DNA of 64,000 nt from Dehalococcoidia bacterium (GCA_965261965.1 OZ253489.1:2459618-2523617), one strand, 5' to 3'. Shown: positions 27,805 through 37,901, counted from the first letter of the stretch. Numbers and translations: made by a program. Notes: generated from the letters alone by a model not told the origin.

Positions 27805-29877
27805 TCAGACTCCATCAGCCTCCAACTGACACCCCTCCTCACGGAGACGTCGGAGGATTTCAATGGTTCTGAGGCTCTGCTTCTCAGATGGGACCTTAGC
27901 CGGCATCGAGATCGCTACATCTAGTATCCCTTGGTCATCCGGTGATAGGAATCCTCTAGACATTCCCCATGATTTGAGGTCACTCCAGAAAGCAGAACCA
28001 GCTTGGACCACGACCGTCTGAGCCTCAATCCCGTTCAGCATCCGCTGGTCTTTGACCGCACCTCTCTTCTCCTCATTCCGCTCGGCTGAACTGACCATCA
28101 TCCGTTGCAGTTCCCCGGGCCATTGCACAAGCAGTCCCATCACCCGATTCCAGCACGCCTGCTGCTTCGCCCACTCGGTCACGTTCCGCATACCATCTGG
28201 CGGATCGACGATCACGTCATGTACCGCCCTAGCTGCAACCACTAGGCTTCCCCGAAGTTCCAGGGAGATTCCCTGTTCCTGCCATATTCTCTCGAAGTTG
28301 ATTGATCGGCCACTCTGTGCCACGTCATGCGCGAGCTTGGCGATGGCATATGCTACGACGTTCGCCCGGTATCCGCCTTGGTACCAAGGCTGCTCCGTGA
28401 CCAGTCGCTCCACCGCCCTGAACACGATGGCCTTCGCAATCGCCTCTCGGTAGTACATCTCGTTGAAGTCGTTGGGGTGTCTGTTCCACTCCCCTCCAAT
28501 GAACGAGGCAAAGTCAGCAAAGTTCTTCTGTGCTCCCCTGCTCACGACCTCCGGTTTGTCATGCCAAACATTAAGAAACTTGGCGAGGTCCGTCTTGGTG
28601 AACATCTGTGCCTTCGGATATTCGAGGTCGAATCTTCTTCTCTCAGCCTGCGTGAGCCGACCCCGAGCGTCCTGATACTGACCCCGTGCCCGCTCGTAGA
28701 ACCACTTTGATTGTCGGAATGTTCCGTCCTTCGAGGGCGCGTACATTCTCGTAGAGAAGCCCTCGACCCTGATATGGAACGGGTGATTCGAGAAGAAGTC
28801 AGCCGCGCTGACGCGGTTCTGGGTGTTGGCATATTCCGATATCCTGGGGACGATCTCCATTGCCCTGTCTGGATTGACGATTGAGAGCTTCATCTGGACG
28901 AAAACCTTATCTAGGTCCGCCTCCTTGTTGCGAAGCGCCGCATGAATGGACGCCGTGGTCTGCCCTCCATTGACGATCTGAAAGTTGCGCATGCCGGTGA
29001 GGAGCAGGCCGTTAGGAGACTCCACGGTCTCGATGCTCTCTGCGGTGGCCGTAATGCCATTGTTGTAGGCGAAGAACATCTCCGGGTTGTTGTCAATCGT
29101 GTTCCTCAGCCCTCGATTGACATTCCCACGCGCCTGAAGGAACACGCGGACATTCTGTTCCAGCAAGCGGGCACCCCAGCGGCCATAAATCCTCGCGAGC
29201 TGATGCCCAGGAAAGACGGCGAGGTAGGACTCATAGTCGGTCTGCTGCATGTGCGCGGGCAGCACCAAGAGCGGGCCTCCGAACTCATTCAGGTTGACCA
29301 TGTAGTCCTCACGCTCATGCCCAGACGTGACGAAGCGGTGGAGGCGCCCCAAATCCCGTACGCTGTAGGTGACGGGGAGTCCTCGAAGTTGACCGGCCTC
29401 TCGGCCGTCCACCCTGGAGCTGAGCACCCTGTTGGTGACTAGGAACAGCCTCACCTTGGATACGGAAGGCCACCGTGCCGCGATGAGGTCGGCTAGGCCG
29501 AATGCGGGTGCCGATTCCTCCAAGCTGTTCCGAAATGCTTCATCCAGCGACCGGTCGAGAAAGTTGGACAGCCTCTTGAATGTTGCGTCCATGTTGGTCG
29601 CCGTCAGCGTTGCGATCTCCTGTGACTGGCTGAAGTCGGTGATGATCAGACTGAGCACCGCGTCGGAGTTGGCGGGGTCTCCACCATAGCCGTCAACTCG
29701 AATGCCCCGTGGGGAGACGTGGTGAACCCGGTCCGCCGTCTCAATCTCACCGGCATCTATCAGCGATTCCGTGAGTACATTGAAAAAGGCATCCTCCACG
29801 AACCTGCCCTCGGCATCGGCGAGGCTGTGAACCTCCTGAAAGAGTTCCTCGTGGTACTCTGCAATATCAATCGCCAT
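27805..29877 (-). CDS. AIPR-family protein
   Basis: 690 aa. It has the characteristic N-terminus (EYHEELFQEV...EDAFFNVLTE.L.D.GEI...) and an NGGQT motif (FQIVNGGQTTASIH). It is the last gene of the five-gene operon. Confidence 0.85.
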   Translation of the reverse strand: MAIDIAEYHEELFQEVHSLADAEGRFVEDAFFNVLTESLIDAGEIETADRVHHVSPRGIRVDGYGGDPANSDAVLSLIITDFSQSQEIATLTATNMDATFKRLSNFLDRSLDEAFRNSLEESAPAFGLADLIAARWPSVSKVRLFLVTNRVLSSRVDGREAGQLRGLPVTYSVRDLGRLHRFVTSGHEREDYMVNLNEFGGPLLVLPAHMQQTDYESYLAVFPGHQLARIYGRWGARLLEQNVRVFLQARGNVNRGLRNTIDNNPEMFFAYNNGITATAESIETVESPNGLLLTGMRNFQIVNGGQTTASIHAALRNKEADLDKVFVQMKLSIVNPDRAMEIVPRISEYANTQNRVSAADFFSNHPFHIRVEGFSTRMYAPSKDGTFRQSKWFYERARGQYQDARGRLTQAERRRFDLEYPKAQMFTKTDLAKFLNVWHDKPEVVSRGAQKNFADFASFIGGEWNRHPNDFNEMYYREAIAKAIVFRAVERLVTEQPWYQGGYRANVVAYAIAKLAHDVAQSGRSINFERIWQEQGISLELRGSLVVAARAVHDVIVDPPDGMRNVTEWAKQQACWNRVMGLLVQWPGELQRMMVSSAERNEEKRGAVKDQRMLNGIEAQTVVVQAGSAFWSDLKSWGMSRGFLSPDDQGILDVAISMPAKVPSEKQSLRTIEILRRLREEGCQLEADGV

Positions 29878-29883
29878 CGGAAC

Positions 29884-30876
29884 CTACCATCCTGCTAGGG
29901 CTTCGTTCAGAGCATCCACCGACGTTGCGAAAGGCTCGCAGTCGGCCAGCGAGACCGAGTACCGTACATTCGCGACACCCGATCGTATCTCGCCCGAAGT
30001 GATGCGAGGGAAGTTGCCAGTCACCCGATAGATGCGGCTCGCTCCCTCCAGCCAGCGGTTGCTGGAATAGTCGTCCTCCACCCTGTAGCCCGCCGCCGCC
30101 AGCCGCGTTTCGAGAATGCCGCATGAGCCTGGGTCGAGGGAGAAGAGGCGTCCGCGAATCCGCTCGGCCACGTCATGGAGGGTCACACCATGAGGGGCAT
30201 CCTCCGGGGACTCATCCAACTCCATCACATGTAGGAACAGCGAGTCAACGCCGCTCTCGTCCAGCTGATTCTCCGACGTGATTGAGACGGACGGCGTGGC
30301 TCCCCCGCGACGCGTCTTCGCCTCAATCGCAACCCGCGCAATCTCGAAGTCCTTGGGTGCACCCAACGGGCCGAGCCATGCCGTCACAGCAGATGAGGCA
30401 TCTATGCGGGGCAGTAGTAGACGCTCCAACACGAAGATCTCTCCGAGCAATCCCTTTTGTTCCTCCAGAGAGAGAAGGGTGCCACGCCCACCTCTGAGGA
30501 GATGGTGCCATCGCCATGTCCTCATCAGCGCATCAGACACCGCCCCAGCTTCGGACTCGGCCCGCGCGGCAGCAGAGATGATGTCCCGACAGAGGGTCTG
30601 GAAGATGTCCCGCTGGTTCGGGTCGAGCAGCTTGAATACGAGGAGTTGTGTGTCCGACTCATCGGGTGGGGACAGGGTCACCTCAATGTCACGCAGCCTT
30701 GGCAGGTGGGTGGTCGGTGCTGACCCTGTGGCGTGGCGCAGTGTGAGGAGAACGCTTCCGTCCACCCCCCGAGCCCAGAAGAAATCCCAGGGCAGGTTTG
30801 CGTCGACGCGACGAGCCGCGACCGAGTCGGCGATGCTGGGTGGGTCAATCTCCGCCCAAGGGTCTTCACCCATCAT
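29884..30876 (-). CDS. PD-(D/E)XK motif protein
   Basis: The start at 30876 (MMGEDPW) overlaps the Z1 stop by 11 nt. The nuclease-like core is GAPKDFEIARVAIEAKTRR. The ORF-track start at 30999 lies inside the Z1 gene. Confidence 0.75.
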   Translation of the reverse strand: MMGEDPWAEIDPPSIADSVAARRVDANLPWDFFWARGVDGSVLLTLRHATGSAPTTHLPRLRDIEVTLSPPDESDTQLLVFKLLDPNQRDIFQTLCRDIISAAARAESEAGAVSDALMRTWRWHHLLRGGRGTLLSLEEQKGLLGEIFVLERLLLPRIDASSAVTAWLGPLGAPKDFEIARVAIEAKTRRGGATPSVSITSENQLDESGVDSLFLHVMELDESPEDAPHGVTLHDVAERIRGRLFSLDPGSCGILETRLAAAGYRVEDDYSSNRWLEGASRIYRVTGNFPRITSGEIRSGVANVRYSVSLADCEPFATSVDALNEALAGW

Positions 30877-33586
30877 CGCCTCCCATCTCGTCCTCGTCGA
30901 CGTCCTCGCCGAAGTTCTCTCGGAGCCATGTCGTGTTGACCACGTACTCCACCCGCCGCTCCTCCCTGTTGGTTCGCGGAAAACTAATGCCCCATGCAAC
31001 CACTGGCTGTGTTGTGGGATCGCCTTGGCCCTCGGTATCTACGTTAATCAGGTGGACCATCAGAAGGGGCTTCGTCCTCACCTCTCTGTATGCCCGGTCC
31101 GGGTATTGGATCGGCCGGCCCTCGGCCGACCTGCCACTCCTCCCCGGATTCTCCCTGTACGTACGCTCCGCGCGCTCCCGCTCCTCACCGCTGAGGCCCG
31201 TTCGCTCGATCCCTCTGGTCGAGACCCTCTGCCGATTGCTGACCAAGAGGGTCCTCGCGTCGCTCCTCTTCCCGGCGGTTCTGTGCTGGCAACGAATAGT
31301 CCTACCAAGGGATTCGTCCGTTCGGTTGCCCTCACGTTGGCCCACGCTTGCGAAGAGCACGTCCCATTCCGCAAGCTCGTCGTCCTGGCGTTCCTCGATG
31401 TATCGCCTCACCGGTTCCCCGTTGGTCACCAACGAGCCATCGTGGTTTCGGAATTCAATCAGGAAGTCCAGTATGGGAGCCACCGGAACTCCCCGAAGAA
31501 GGAACCCGAAATTGTCCATCTCAGCAGCCTCAATGGGGAATCCGCTCTGACGGAGCCGGTGAGAGAGCCTCCGCGCGGCATTGCGGTCGACCTCCAAGCT
31601 CTCAGCATCCCTTCGAAGCGTGTGGGTCTCGATTAACCTGAACGCCAAGCCGATGCTCACCACTATCTGAGCTCCAGTTCCCATCTTATTGCGTGCGGTG
31701 ACGATCAGGGTATCCGGATGACTCCTGACCTTGAGTCCGAATTCCTCAGGTGTCGCATTGGAAGCCTCCATGCTCCTGAACTCACCTCGCAGTTCCTCAA
31801 TGGACTCTGCGACGTGCTCGTACCAACCCTCTGCCGCCTCCGGCATCCAGATGCGGCAGAGGTCCTGATAGTCCGGTCGATATCCGAACCACCGCCCCAT
31901 CTGCATCAATGTGTCGTACATCATGGAGTTGCGCAGAAAGTAGCTGACCATAAGTCCCTCGAGTGTCAGCCCACGGGACAGTGAGAAGCCGCCCACCGCT
32001 ATGACATTGAGACCGTCCTGCCGATTTCCGCTGTAGTCCAGCGTGCCAGGGGACTGAATGTTGACCTCGACCACCCTGATGGGAGAGGCGGCCTCATGCA
32101 GACGGCTCTGCACCTCAGCCCAATCGAACTCAGTGTCGCGGCACTCACGTTCCCAGACCGCGTGAAGTGCGTTGATCTCTGGGTCAAGGAGCGCTGTCTC
32201 CGGAGGCAGAGCCCCATTCACCCGAATGGAGCGTTGGATGCCATCAAGCTGCCCATGAATCTCATTGCGCAGTTGGCGCTGTACGTTCATGAAGCGGGAC
32301 GCGTTCACCAGCATTGAACAATGCTGTCGTTCGTGTCCTCTGGCGAGTCGAATGGCTCGGCCCAAGACGAAGGTCCTTACAGCATCGGTTAGGGATGGGG
32401 GGATGGAGGAGAGAACGATGTCCTTCTCATGTCTGATGGGAAGGTGGTCTTCGTTGTCCTCAATGGTGCGCATGTATTGGTCTCCGCCCTCAAGGAAGAC
32501 GGCGGTGGCTCCGAAGTAATTCGAGGGAGGATCAAGACTCACGATGAAACTGCGGGGGAACAGGTCCTCACCGCGCATCTGGTCGTCAGTGTCAGGGTCG
32601 ATGAAGATGTTGGCAAAGGGAGTGGCTGTGTATCCCAGGTAGCAACTTCTGCCGAACATGTGGAGGAGTTCGCGTATCTGTCCATTGATCCTTGAGACCT
32701 CGCCAGCTCCATGCCGGATGTTGATGGAGGCGTTGTCTGCTTCGTCATCGATCAGCAGCATCGGCTCATCAATGCTCTCGCCACCTCCCCGAGCGCTGTG
32801 CTCCCTGAGCCACTCGAGCAGATTCTTCAGCGTGCTGCTGTTCTTCTTGATCACGAACACGGCGGGCTCGGTGAGGTTCTGAAGGGGTATCCCGACGCCG
32901 GTTGCCGTCATCTTGTTAAAATCCCGGATGGTGTTGGTGAATGTGACCGGACGCCTCGTATGGTCGAATCGACCAACCCCCACGAACATGTCATCTTGCC
33001 TGCTCAGCAAGCGTGCGCTGTCCCGGCCCACGAAACCCTCGTCGATTCGTCGCTGTGTCTGGCTTCGCAGGTTGTTGTGGACACCCGCGATTACTACGAT
33101 CAACTTGTACCCTGCATCCGCGGCCTTGCATATAAGGCCCGCATAGTTGGCCGTCTTGCCCGATTGCACATGCCCAACAACCATCCCGCGCCTATCCCAA
33201 GGTCCATCCCTCAGAGGGTCCTGCATCAGTCCGAGCACACGTTCGGTGACGTCATCCAGCGTGTTGATCGCAGCGGTGGGAAACCCCTCTTGAATGAGGT
33301 GCTGTCTGTAGCGACTCCAGTAGTACGGATCTATCCGTGCCCTGGCAGCGTCCAGCCAGGGTTGGTGGTCACGCTTGATCAGAATGGAGCCGAGATGTTG
33401 GGTGATGCTCACACGTTCTTCGAACCGCTTTGCGAGCCTCTCCGCATCGTCCTCGGTGACACCCTCGAATATCGGCAACTGGCAGAGGTCCCCAATCAAC
33501 TTGCGGATATCCTCACCAGTCGGCCCCTGTTGATTGGCGAGAGCCGCGGCCACCATGCTTTCGAGGTTTGAGAGAGGGTCAGTCAT
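30866..33586 (-). CDS. Z1-domain P-loop NTPase
   Basis: 906 aa. Walker A is GHVQSGKTANYAGLI, followed by VIAGVHNNLRSQTQ. The Walker B-like motif is LLIDDEADNAS. Its start overlaps the upstream stop (ATGACTGA). Confidence 0.85.
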   Translation of the reverse strand: MTDPLSNLESMVAAALANQQGPTGEDIRKLIGDLCQLPIFEGVTEDDAERLAKRFEERVSITQHLGSILIKRDHQPWLDAARARIDPYYWSRYRQHLIQEGFPTAAINTLDDVTERVLGLMQDPLRDGPWDRRGMVVGHVQSGKTANYAGLICKAADAGYKLIVVIAGVHNNLRSQTQRRIDEGFVGRDSARLLSRQDDMFVGVGRFDHTRRPVTFTNTIRDFNKMTATGVGIPLQNLTEPAVFVIKKNSSTLKNLLEWLREHSARGGGESIDEPMLLIDDEADNASINIRHGAGEVSRINGQIRELLHMFGRSCYLGYTATPFANIFIDPDTDDQMRGEDLFPRSFIVSLDPPSNYFGATAVFLEGGDQYMRTIEDNEDHLPIRHEKDIVLSSIPPSLTDAVRTFVLGRAIRLARGHERQHCSMLVNASRFMNVQRQLRNEIHGQLDGIQRSIRVNGALPPETALLDPEINALHAVWERECRDTEFDWAEVQSRLHEAASPIRVVEVNIQSPGTLDYSGNRQDGLNVIAVGGFSLSRGLTLEGLMVSYFLRNSMMYDTLMQMGRWFGYRPDYQDLCRIWMPEAAEGWYEHVAESIEELRGEFRSMEASNATPEEFGLKVRSHPDTLIVTARNKMGTGAQIVVSIGLAFRLIETHTLRRDAESLEVDRNAARRLSHRLRQSGFPIEAAEMDNFGFLLRGVPVAPILDFLIEFRNHDGSLVTNGEPVRRYIEERQDDELAEWDVLFASVGQREGNRTDESLGRTIRCQHRTAGKRSDARTLLVSNRQRVSTRGIERTGLSGEERERAERTYRENPGRSGRSAEGRPIQYPDRAYREVRTKPLLMVHLINVDTEGQGDPTTQPVVAWGISFPRTNREERRVEYVVNTTWLRENFGEDVDEDEMGGDDG

Positions 33587-35060
33587 CCGGTAACTCCTCG
33601 TTGCAGTCTTCCTTCAGAATATGCTCCGTGCGCTCCCAGTTCGAGCGGAAAGGCTCCGCGACCCTCATCATGGTAAGCACGTCCTCGATTGACTTCATCC
33701 TTTTGCTGAGGTGAGTAAATGTCGTCACTGCTGCATAGCGCAGCGCCTGCTCCGAGGTAGCGCTGCCAACTACTGAGTCCACGTCGCCGCCGAGGTCGGA
33801 AAAGAGCGCATCCATCGGTAGCGACGCCCCTGCGACCTCAATTACTCTGCGGAGGTCGCCCCGTGCCTCTGGGGGCAATCTGGACAGAAGGTCAAGGACC
33901 ATTGGGTGCTCATCGTTGATTCGGTAGAATATCTGGTTCTTGTCCTGAATCCTGTTCCAGACGGGGATGTGGTTCTCCTTAATGAGCCTTCGGCCTCGGG
34001 TCCGGTAAACTCTCTTTGAATTTGCTGCCAGCGGCTCGATGATGCGGCGCAACCGTTCTCGAACCGGCGGTGGCAGCTGCGCAGATGCCTTCTTCACATC
34101 AATCTTCCAGGCTGCATCGAGCGCATTCGGCATATCGATGCGGACGCGCGCCAGCTTCGTGAGCTCCGTTTGACGCGCCAAGCCAAACCATGTGCCATGA
34201 ATGATCAACCGCCGCTCCCTGTACACGTAGAAACCCTGGTTCCTGAGATAGCCCTCCGGTCCTGCGTAGTGTTCCCATTCTGCGGGTGTGACCTTCCCAT
34301 GGTGCGGGAGGGTGAATGCCTGTACCAGCACGTCCTCATGTGCAACTCGAATTCGCTCCTTAGGGCCTGCAATCGTCGCTGAGTGGCTGGAATGGAAGGG
34401 ATCAAAGGGATCCAAGGACCGGTTGTTCATCTGAATGCTGACCCTACGGCGTCCCGGTTCACCGGAGAGGAAGCGATGGAATACCAGCTCTAGGTGGGAC
34501 CGGGCCTCATCCATCTGCCGCACAAAGTCAGTCATATTCCGACCGGAGTCTCCATCATCTGTTCCGAGGCCGAGTTCCTCCCAAACAACGAGTGTCCCAC
34601 TTGCTCCAAGAAACTCCGTCCAAGGGATGGATGTCAGGTCGTCAGGTATCTGGACTTGCCACCTGCCTGACTCGGCAATTCGGTCCAAGTCCCATCGGGC
34701 AATCGCGGTAGCTCCCTTGGTTCGCGTAACCACAGTGACTACACGGCATTGGGAAAATGAGGCCGTCTTCAAGCCTAGACCAAAACGGCCGAGATCGGAC
34801 TGCGCCCTTTCCTCCAAGGGGCTGCGGCTCCCCAGTCGCATTGCCTCTAGGAGTTCCTCTTCGGTCATCCCCACTCCGTCATCCAGAATGCCAATCTTCA
34901 AGTCGGGTGCTTCCAGACTTGCGAGTATCTGGATTGTCTCCGCCCGTGCCGCTATGCAGTTGTCCACGAGATCGGCAAGGGCGGTGCTCAGCGAGTATCC
35001 GATGGCCCGTATGCTTTCGATGAGTGGAGATGGCTTGGGTGGAATCTCAAGGACGCGCAT
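33579..35060 (-). CDS. GHKL-superfamily (MORC-like, HATPase_c_3) ATPase
   Basis: 493 aa. The N-box is ALADLVDNCIAA, G1 is LDDGVGMTEEEL and G2 is GRFGLGLKTAS. It overlaps the methyltransferase stop by 14 nt. Confidence 0.85.
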   Translation of the reverse strand: MRVLEIPPKPSPLIESIRAIGYSLSTALADLVDNCIAARAETIQILASLEAPDLKIGILDDGVGMTEEELLEAMRLGSRSPLEERAQSDLGRFGLGLKTASFSQCRVVTVVTRTKGATAIARWDLDRIAESGRWQVQIPDDLTSIPWTEFLGASGTLVVWEELGLGTDDGDSGRNMTDFVRQMDEARSHLELVFHRFLSGEPGRRRVSIQMNNRSLDPFDPFHSSHSATIAGPKERIRVAHEDVLVQAFTLPHHGKVTPAEWEHYAGPEGYLRNQGFYVYRERRLIIHGTWFGLARQTELTKLARVRIDMPNALDAAWKIDVKKASAQLPPPVRERLRRIIEPLAANSKRVYRTRGRRLIKENHIPVWNRIQDKNQIFYRINDEHPMVLDLLSRLPPEARGDLRRVIEVAGASLPMDALFSDLGGDVDSVVGSATSEQALRYAAVTTFTHLSKRMKSIEDVLTMMRVAEPFRSNWERTEHILKEDCNEELPDD

Positions 35061-36966
35061 TTATCACCCCAGTTCCCGTGGCACACGAGGCGCGAACGGG
35101 GCATTCATCGCACTTGGGAGCGCGGGCCGTACAGACCATCGCACCTAGGTCTAGCAGTGCCTGATTCCATTGCGCATCTGCTCCGCTGTGTCCAGCCAAT
35201 TCACGTAGGGAGAGCCTGAGCCGCCAGTTCGGTTGGTTGGAGCCACCCAACAGCCTACGAGCTATTCTCACGGTGTTTGTATCCATCAGGACGCTGGAGC
35301 GCCCGAAGGCGAAACAGAGCACAGCGGAAGCTATATAGTCTCCCACGCCTGGGATAGTGGTCAGTTCCTGCCAGTTGTCGGGAACCGTTCCTGCCAGCCT
35401 GTCCCTGACGAACTCCGCCGCAGAAACCAGATTCGCAGACCGCCAGTGGAGGCCGAGCGAGGCCAGCATCGGCGCCAGTCCTCTCCAGTTGCCCAAAAAT
35501 GAATCCGGGGTTTCACCAAGACTGAGGAGGTTGTCCGCGACCCGGGCCACTTGGTCAGCCCTTGTGCGGTGGAGGCACATTTCCAATAGCAGAATCTGCC
35601 AGGGGTTCAGATTGGGACGCCTCCACGGAAACTCCCGTTTGTTTTCCCTGAACCACCTGGCGAGGTCGTCTTGGAAGGATATCCCGTTCGCCGGTTGACG
35701 GCTGGTGGTCCCAGCATTGACCTCCCTGTCTTCGAGAGCATCTCTCACCGACGAGGCTATTGCTGAAGCGAGCAGAGGGGGAACAGCATTGCCTATCTGC
35801 TGATACCTGCTCGATGGGTGGCCCGCAAACCGGAATCTATCTGGGAAGGTCTGAATTCTGGCCGCCTCTCGTATGGAGAGGGTTCGGTCTTCCCTTGGGT
35901 GAATGTACCAATAACCATCCTTGGCTATATGGGCGGTGATGGTCCTTGACAGGCCATCGAAAGACAATCTCAGGTATTTGTCGTTGAAAATGTCTGACCG
36001 GTATCTTCGCAAGTGTTCCGGTACATCCAGATAGATGTCACCGGGTTTCAGCAATTTGTAGATTTCAGCATCGTCCGGTCGGACCGATCTCGTTACGTGG
36101 TCACGAACAAGCAGAGCTTCGGTGCCTCTTAGTCCTGTGCGTAACGATCTCGCAAGCGCCGAGGTCGGTGGTCCCTCATAGATCTGGGCCTCGTCTCGAA
36201 CACCTGCTTGCACTACCGGCAGGTCTCCGATAGCCTGTCCAACTGTAGGTCGCCTTCCTATGGGCTTAGGCCACTCGAACTCCCCATCCTCCGCGATTCC
36301 AATCACAAAGAGTCTCGACCTATGCTGCGGAACGCGGTACCTCCACGCCTCCAACACCTGTACGTGCACCCCATATCCCCTGCTCGACAGTTCGTCCATC
36401 AAAGCGATCAGCAATGCTCCTCCTTGTGCTTGAGCGAAGTTCGGAACGTTCTCGAAGAGCATTGCCCGCGGGTGCAGGCGGTCAACGACGGCAAAGAAAC
36501 TGCGCCAGAGGTCGGCTCTTTCGTCGCGCGGGCGTCGGCTCCCTCTCCTCACCAAGTCACCGATCTTTGAGGTGCCAGCCGTAGAGAATGGCTGGCATGG
36601 AGGGCCGCCTGCAAGAAGGTCTACGGTTTCGATGCCCCAATCGTCCAGCTGACAAAGGAACTCAGTGGGGCTGGAAAGGTCCCCGGTCCATGTTAGACCC
36701 TGAATGTTCGCAGCATGAGTCTCCATCGCCACGGGATCGGAATCGGCGGCGGCAACCACTGAGAACCCCGCCTTCTCAAGTCCCAGGCTCAATCCCCCGG
36801 CTCCACAGAAGAGATCTATGGCCCACGGGCGAGGTCTGCTCGCGAGCCACATGCGCACACCGGCATTGTCGTTCGGGTCGGGGGAACTGCAGTGAGGGTC
36901 AAGGCTGATACGCGGTCCACGACGGACCGCAACCCCGTACCGTGAATTGCGTTTGGTGCCATCCAT
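35047..36966 (-). CDS. DNA (cytosine-5) methyltransferase fused to a MutY/Mig-like HhH-GPD [4Fe-4S] glycosylase domain
   Basis: C5-MTase motifs are DLFCGAGG, GGPPCQPFS, FENV, QHRSRLF and QIGNAVPP (aa ~48-400). C-terminal aa ~431-639 carry the HhH IPGVGDYIASAV, the Asp in MDTN, and CX6CX2CX5C (C612, C619, C622, C628). Confidence 0.9.
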   Translation of the reverse strand: MDGTKRNSRYGVAVRRGPRISLDPHCSSPDPNDNAGVRMWLASRPRPWAIDLFCGAGGLSLGLEKAGFSVVAAADSDPVAMETHAANIQGLTWTGDLSSPTEFLCQLDDWGIETVDLLAGGPPCQPFSTAGTSKIGDLVRRGSRRPRDERADLWRSFFAVVDRLHPRAMLFENVPNFAQAQGGALLIALMDELSSRGYGVHVQVLEAWRYRVPQHRSRLFVIGIAEDGEFEWPKPIGRRPTVGQAIGDLPVVQAGVRDEAQIYEGPPTSALARSLRTGLRGTEALLVRDHVTRSVRPDDAEIYKLLKPGDIYLDVPEHLRRYRSDIFNDKYLRLSFDGLSRTITAHIAKDGYWYIHPREDRTLSIREAARIQTFPDRFRFAGHPSSRYQQIGNAVPPLLASAIASSVRDALEDREVNAGTTSRQPANGISFQDDLARWFRENKREFPWRRPNLNPWQILLLEMCLHRTRADQVARVADNLLSLGETPDSFLGNWRGLAPMLASLGLHWRSANLVSAAEFVRDRLAGTVPDNWQELTTIPGVGDYIASAVLCFAFGRSSVLMDTNTVRIARRLLGGSNQPNWRLRLSLRELAGHSGADAQWNQALLDLGAMVCTARAPKCDECPVRASCATGTGVINARP

Positions 36967-36995
36967 GCGACTATTTATGCTATCCTCTCAAAACT

Positions 36996-37442
36996 CTATA
37001 GAGGCGCGGACCACTCGCCAACCCAGTGGACATTCCCGGCGCTCTCTGCCGCCCGGTGAAATCTCTGGTCGGCGGTCCACAACTCACAGCCAAACTCCTC
37101 CGCCAGCGCCAAGTAGTGGGCATCGTACACCGCCCCTTGGCTGAGTTGACTCGCCAACTCTAGCGCCCTCACATGAAGACTTGGCGACTGGTGCAGTTCG
37201 AGCCGGGACCCGAGTAGCCGGGTCATCATGCGGGCGCTGTTGCCGACGCTCAACTGGCCGCGTGTCACCCTCCTGTGAAGGGCGTTAGCAACCTCGAATG
37301 GCATCAGGTAGGGGGCGATGCGAGTTACGTCATGGCTAACCCAAGATTCGAGAACCGCGTGGGCCTTGTCAGAGTCTTCCTCATCAACGAGCCACTTGAC
37401 GGCTAGACTCGCATCAACGACAACAACCCCGTTCATGCCCAT
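36996..37442 (-). CDS. vapC: PIN-domain toxin VapC
   Basis: 148 aa with the PIN pattern VVVDASLAVKW...E...YDAHYLALAEE....WTADQRF. It overlaps the antitoxin stop. Confidence 0.8.
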   Translation of the reverse strand: MGMNGVVVVDASLAVKWLVDEEDSDKAHAVLESWVSHDVTRIAPYLMPFEVANALHRRVTRGQLSVGNSARMMTRLLGSRLELHQSPSLHVRALELASQLSQGAVYDAHYLALAEEFGCELWTADQRFHRAAESAGNVHWVGEWSAPL

Positions 37443-37735
37443 GCCTCGGTTTCGGCATTCCGAAGCTCTCTGGCCTCCCTGATCAGGTCGGCAGAGTTAC
37501 CAGGCAGAGGCTTACCACCGAATATCTCCTGGCGGAGTTCTGCAAACATCTCATGGTCTGGCTTGTCAGCCAGCAGTTCGCCAGCGCCACCATACTCGTC
37601 CTTCGTCAACTCCCGGTCGATGGCGGCTTGGCAATACCCGCGCATGCTGACGCCCTTGAGCGCGGCGATAACCTTCAGCCGACGTTGAAAGGCGGGGTCC
37701 AAGTCCAAGGTGAGCCTTTTCTTCTTGGTTTCCAT
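37433..37735 (-). CDS. RHH/CopG-type antitoxin
   Basis: 100 aa. KKRLTLDLDPAFQRRLKVIAALKGVSMRGYCQAAI is a ribbon-helix-helix signature. The gene is paired with the PIN gene. Confidence 0.65.
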   Translation of the reverse strand: METKKKRLTLDLDPAFQRRLKVIAALKGVSMRGYCQAAIDRELTKDEYGGAGELLADKPDHEMFAELRQEIFGGKPLPGNSADLIREARELRNAETEAWA

Positions 37736-37901
37736 CGTTTGTCCTTCTCCAAGATGACTTGCTTAAAGCAAGTATAGGGCAAACACAGAAAGATGCGCAA
37801 TACACTGCCAGAATCGGGCAACAAAAAAGGCTCGCATACATCCACCGGCAAGGGGAGGACGACACTGCAAATGCGTCGTCCTCCCCCTCTGTTTTAGCGG
37901 C

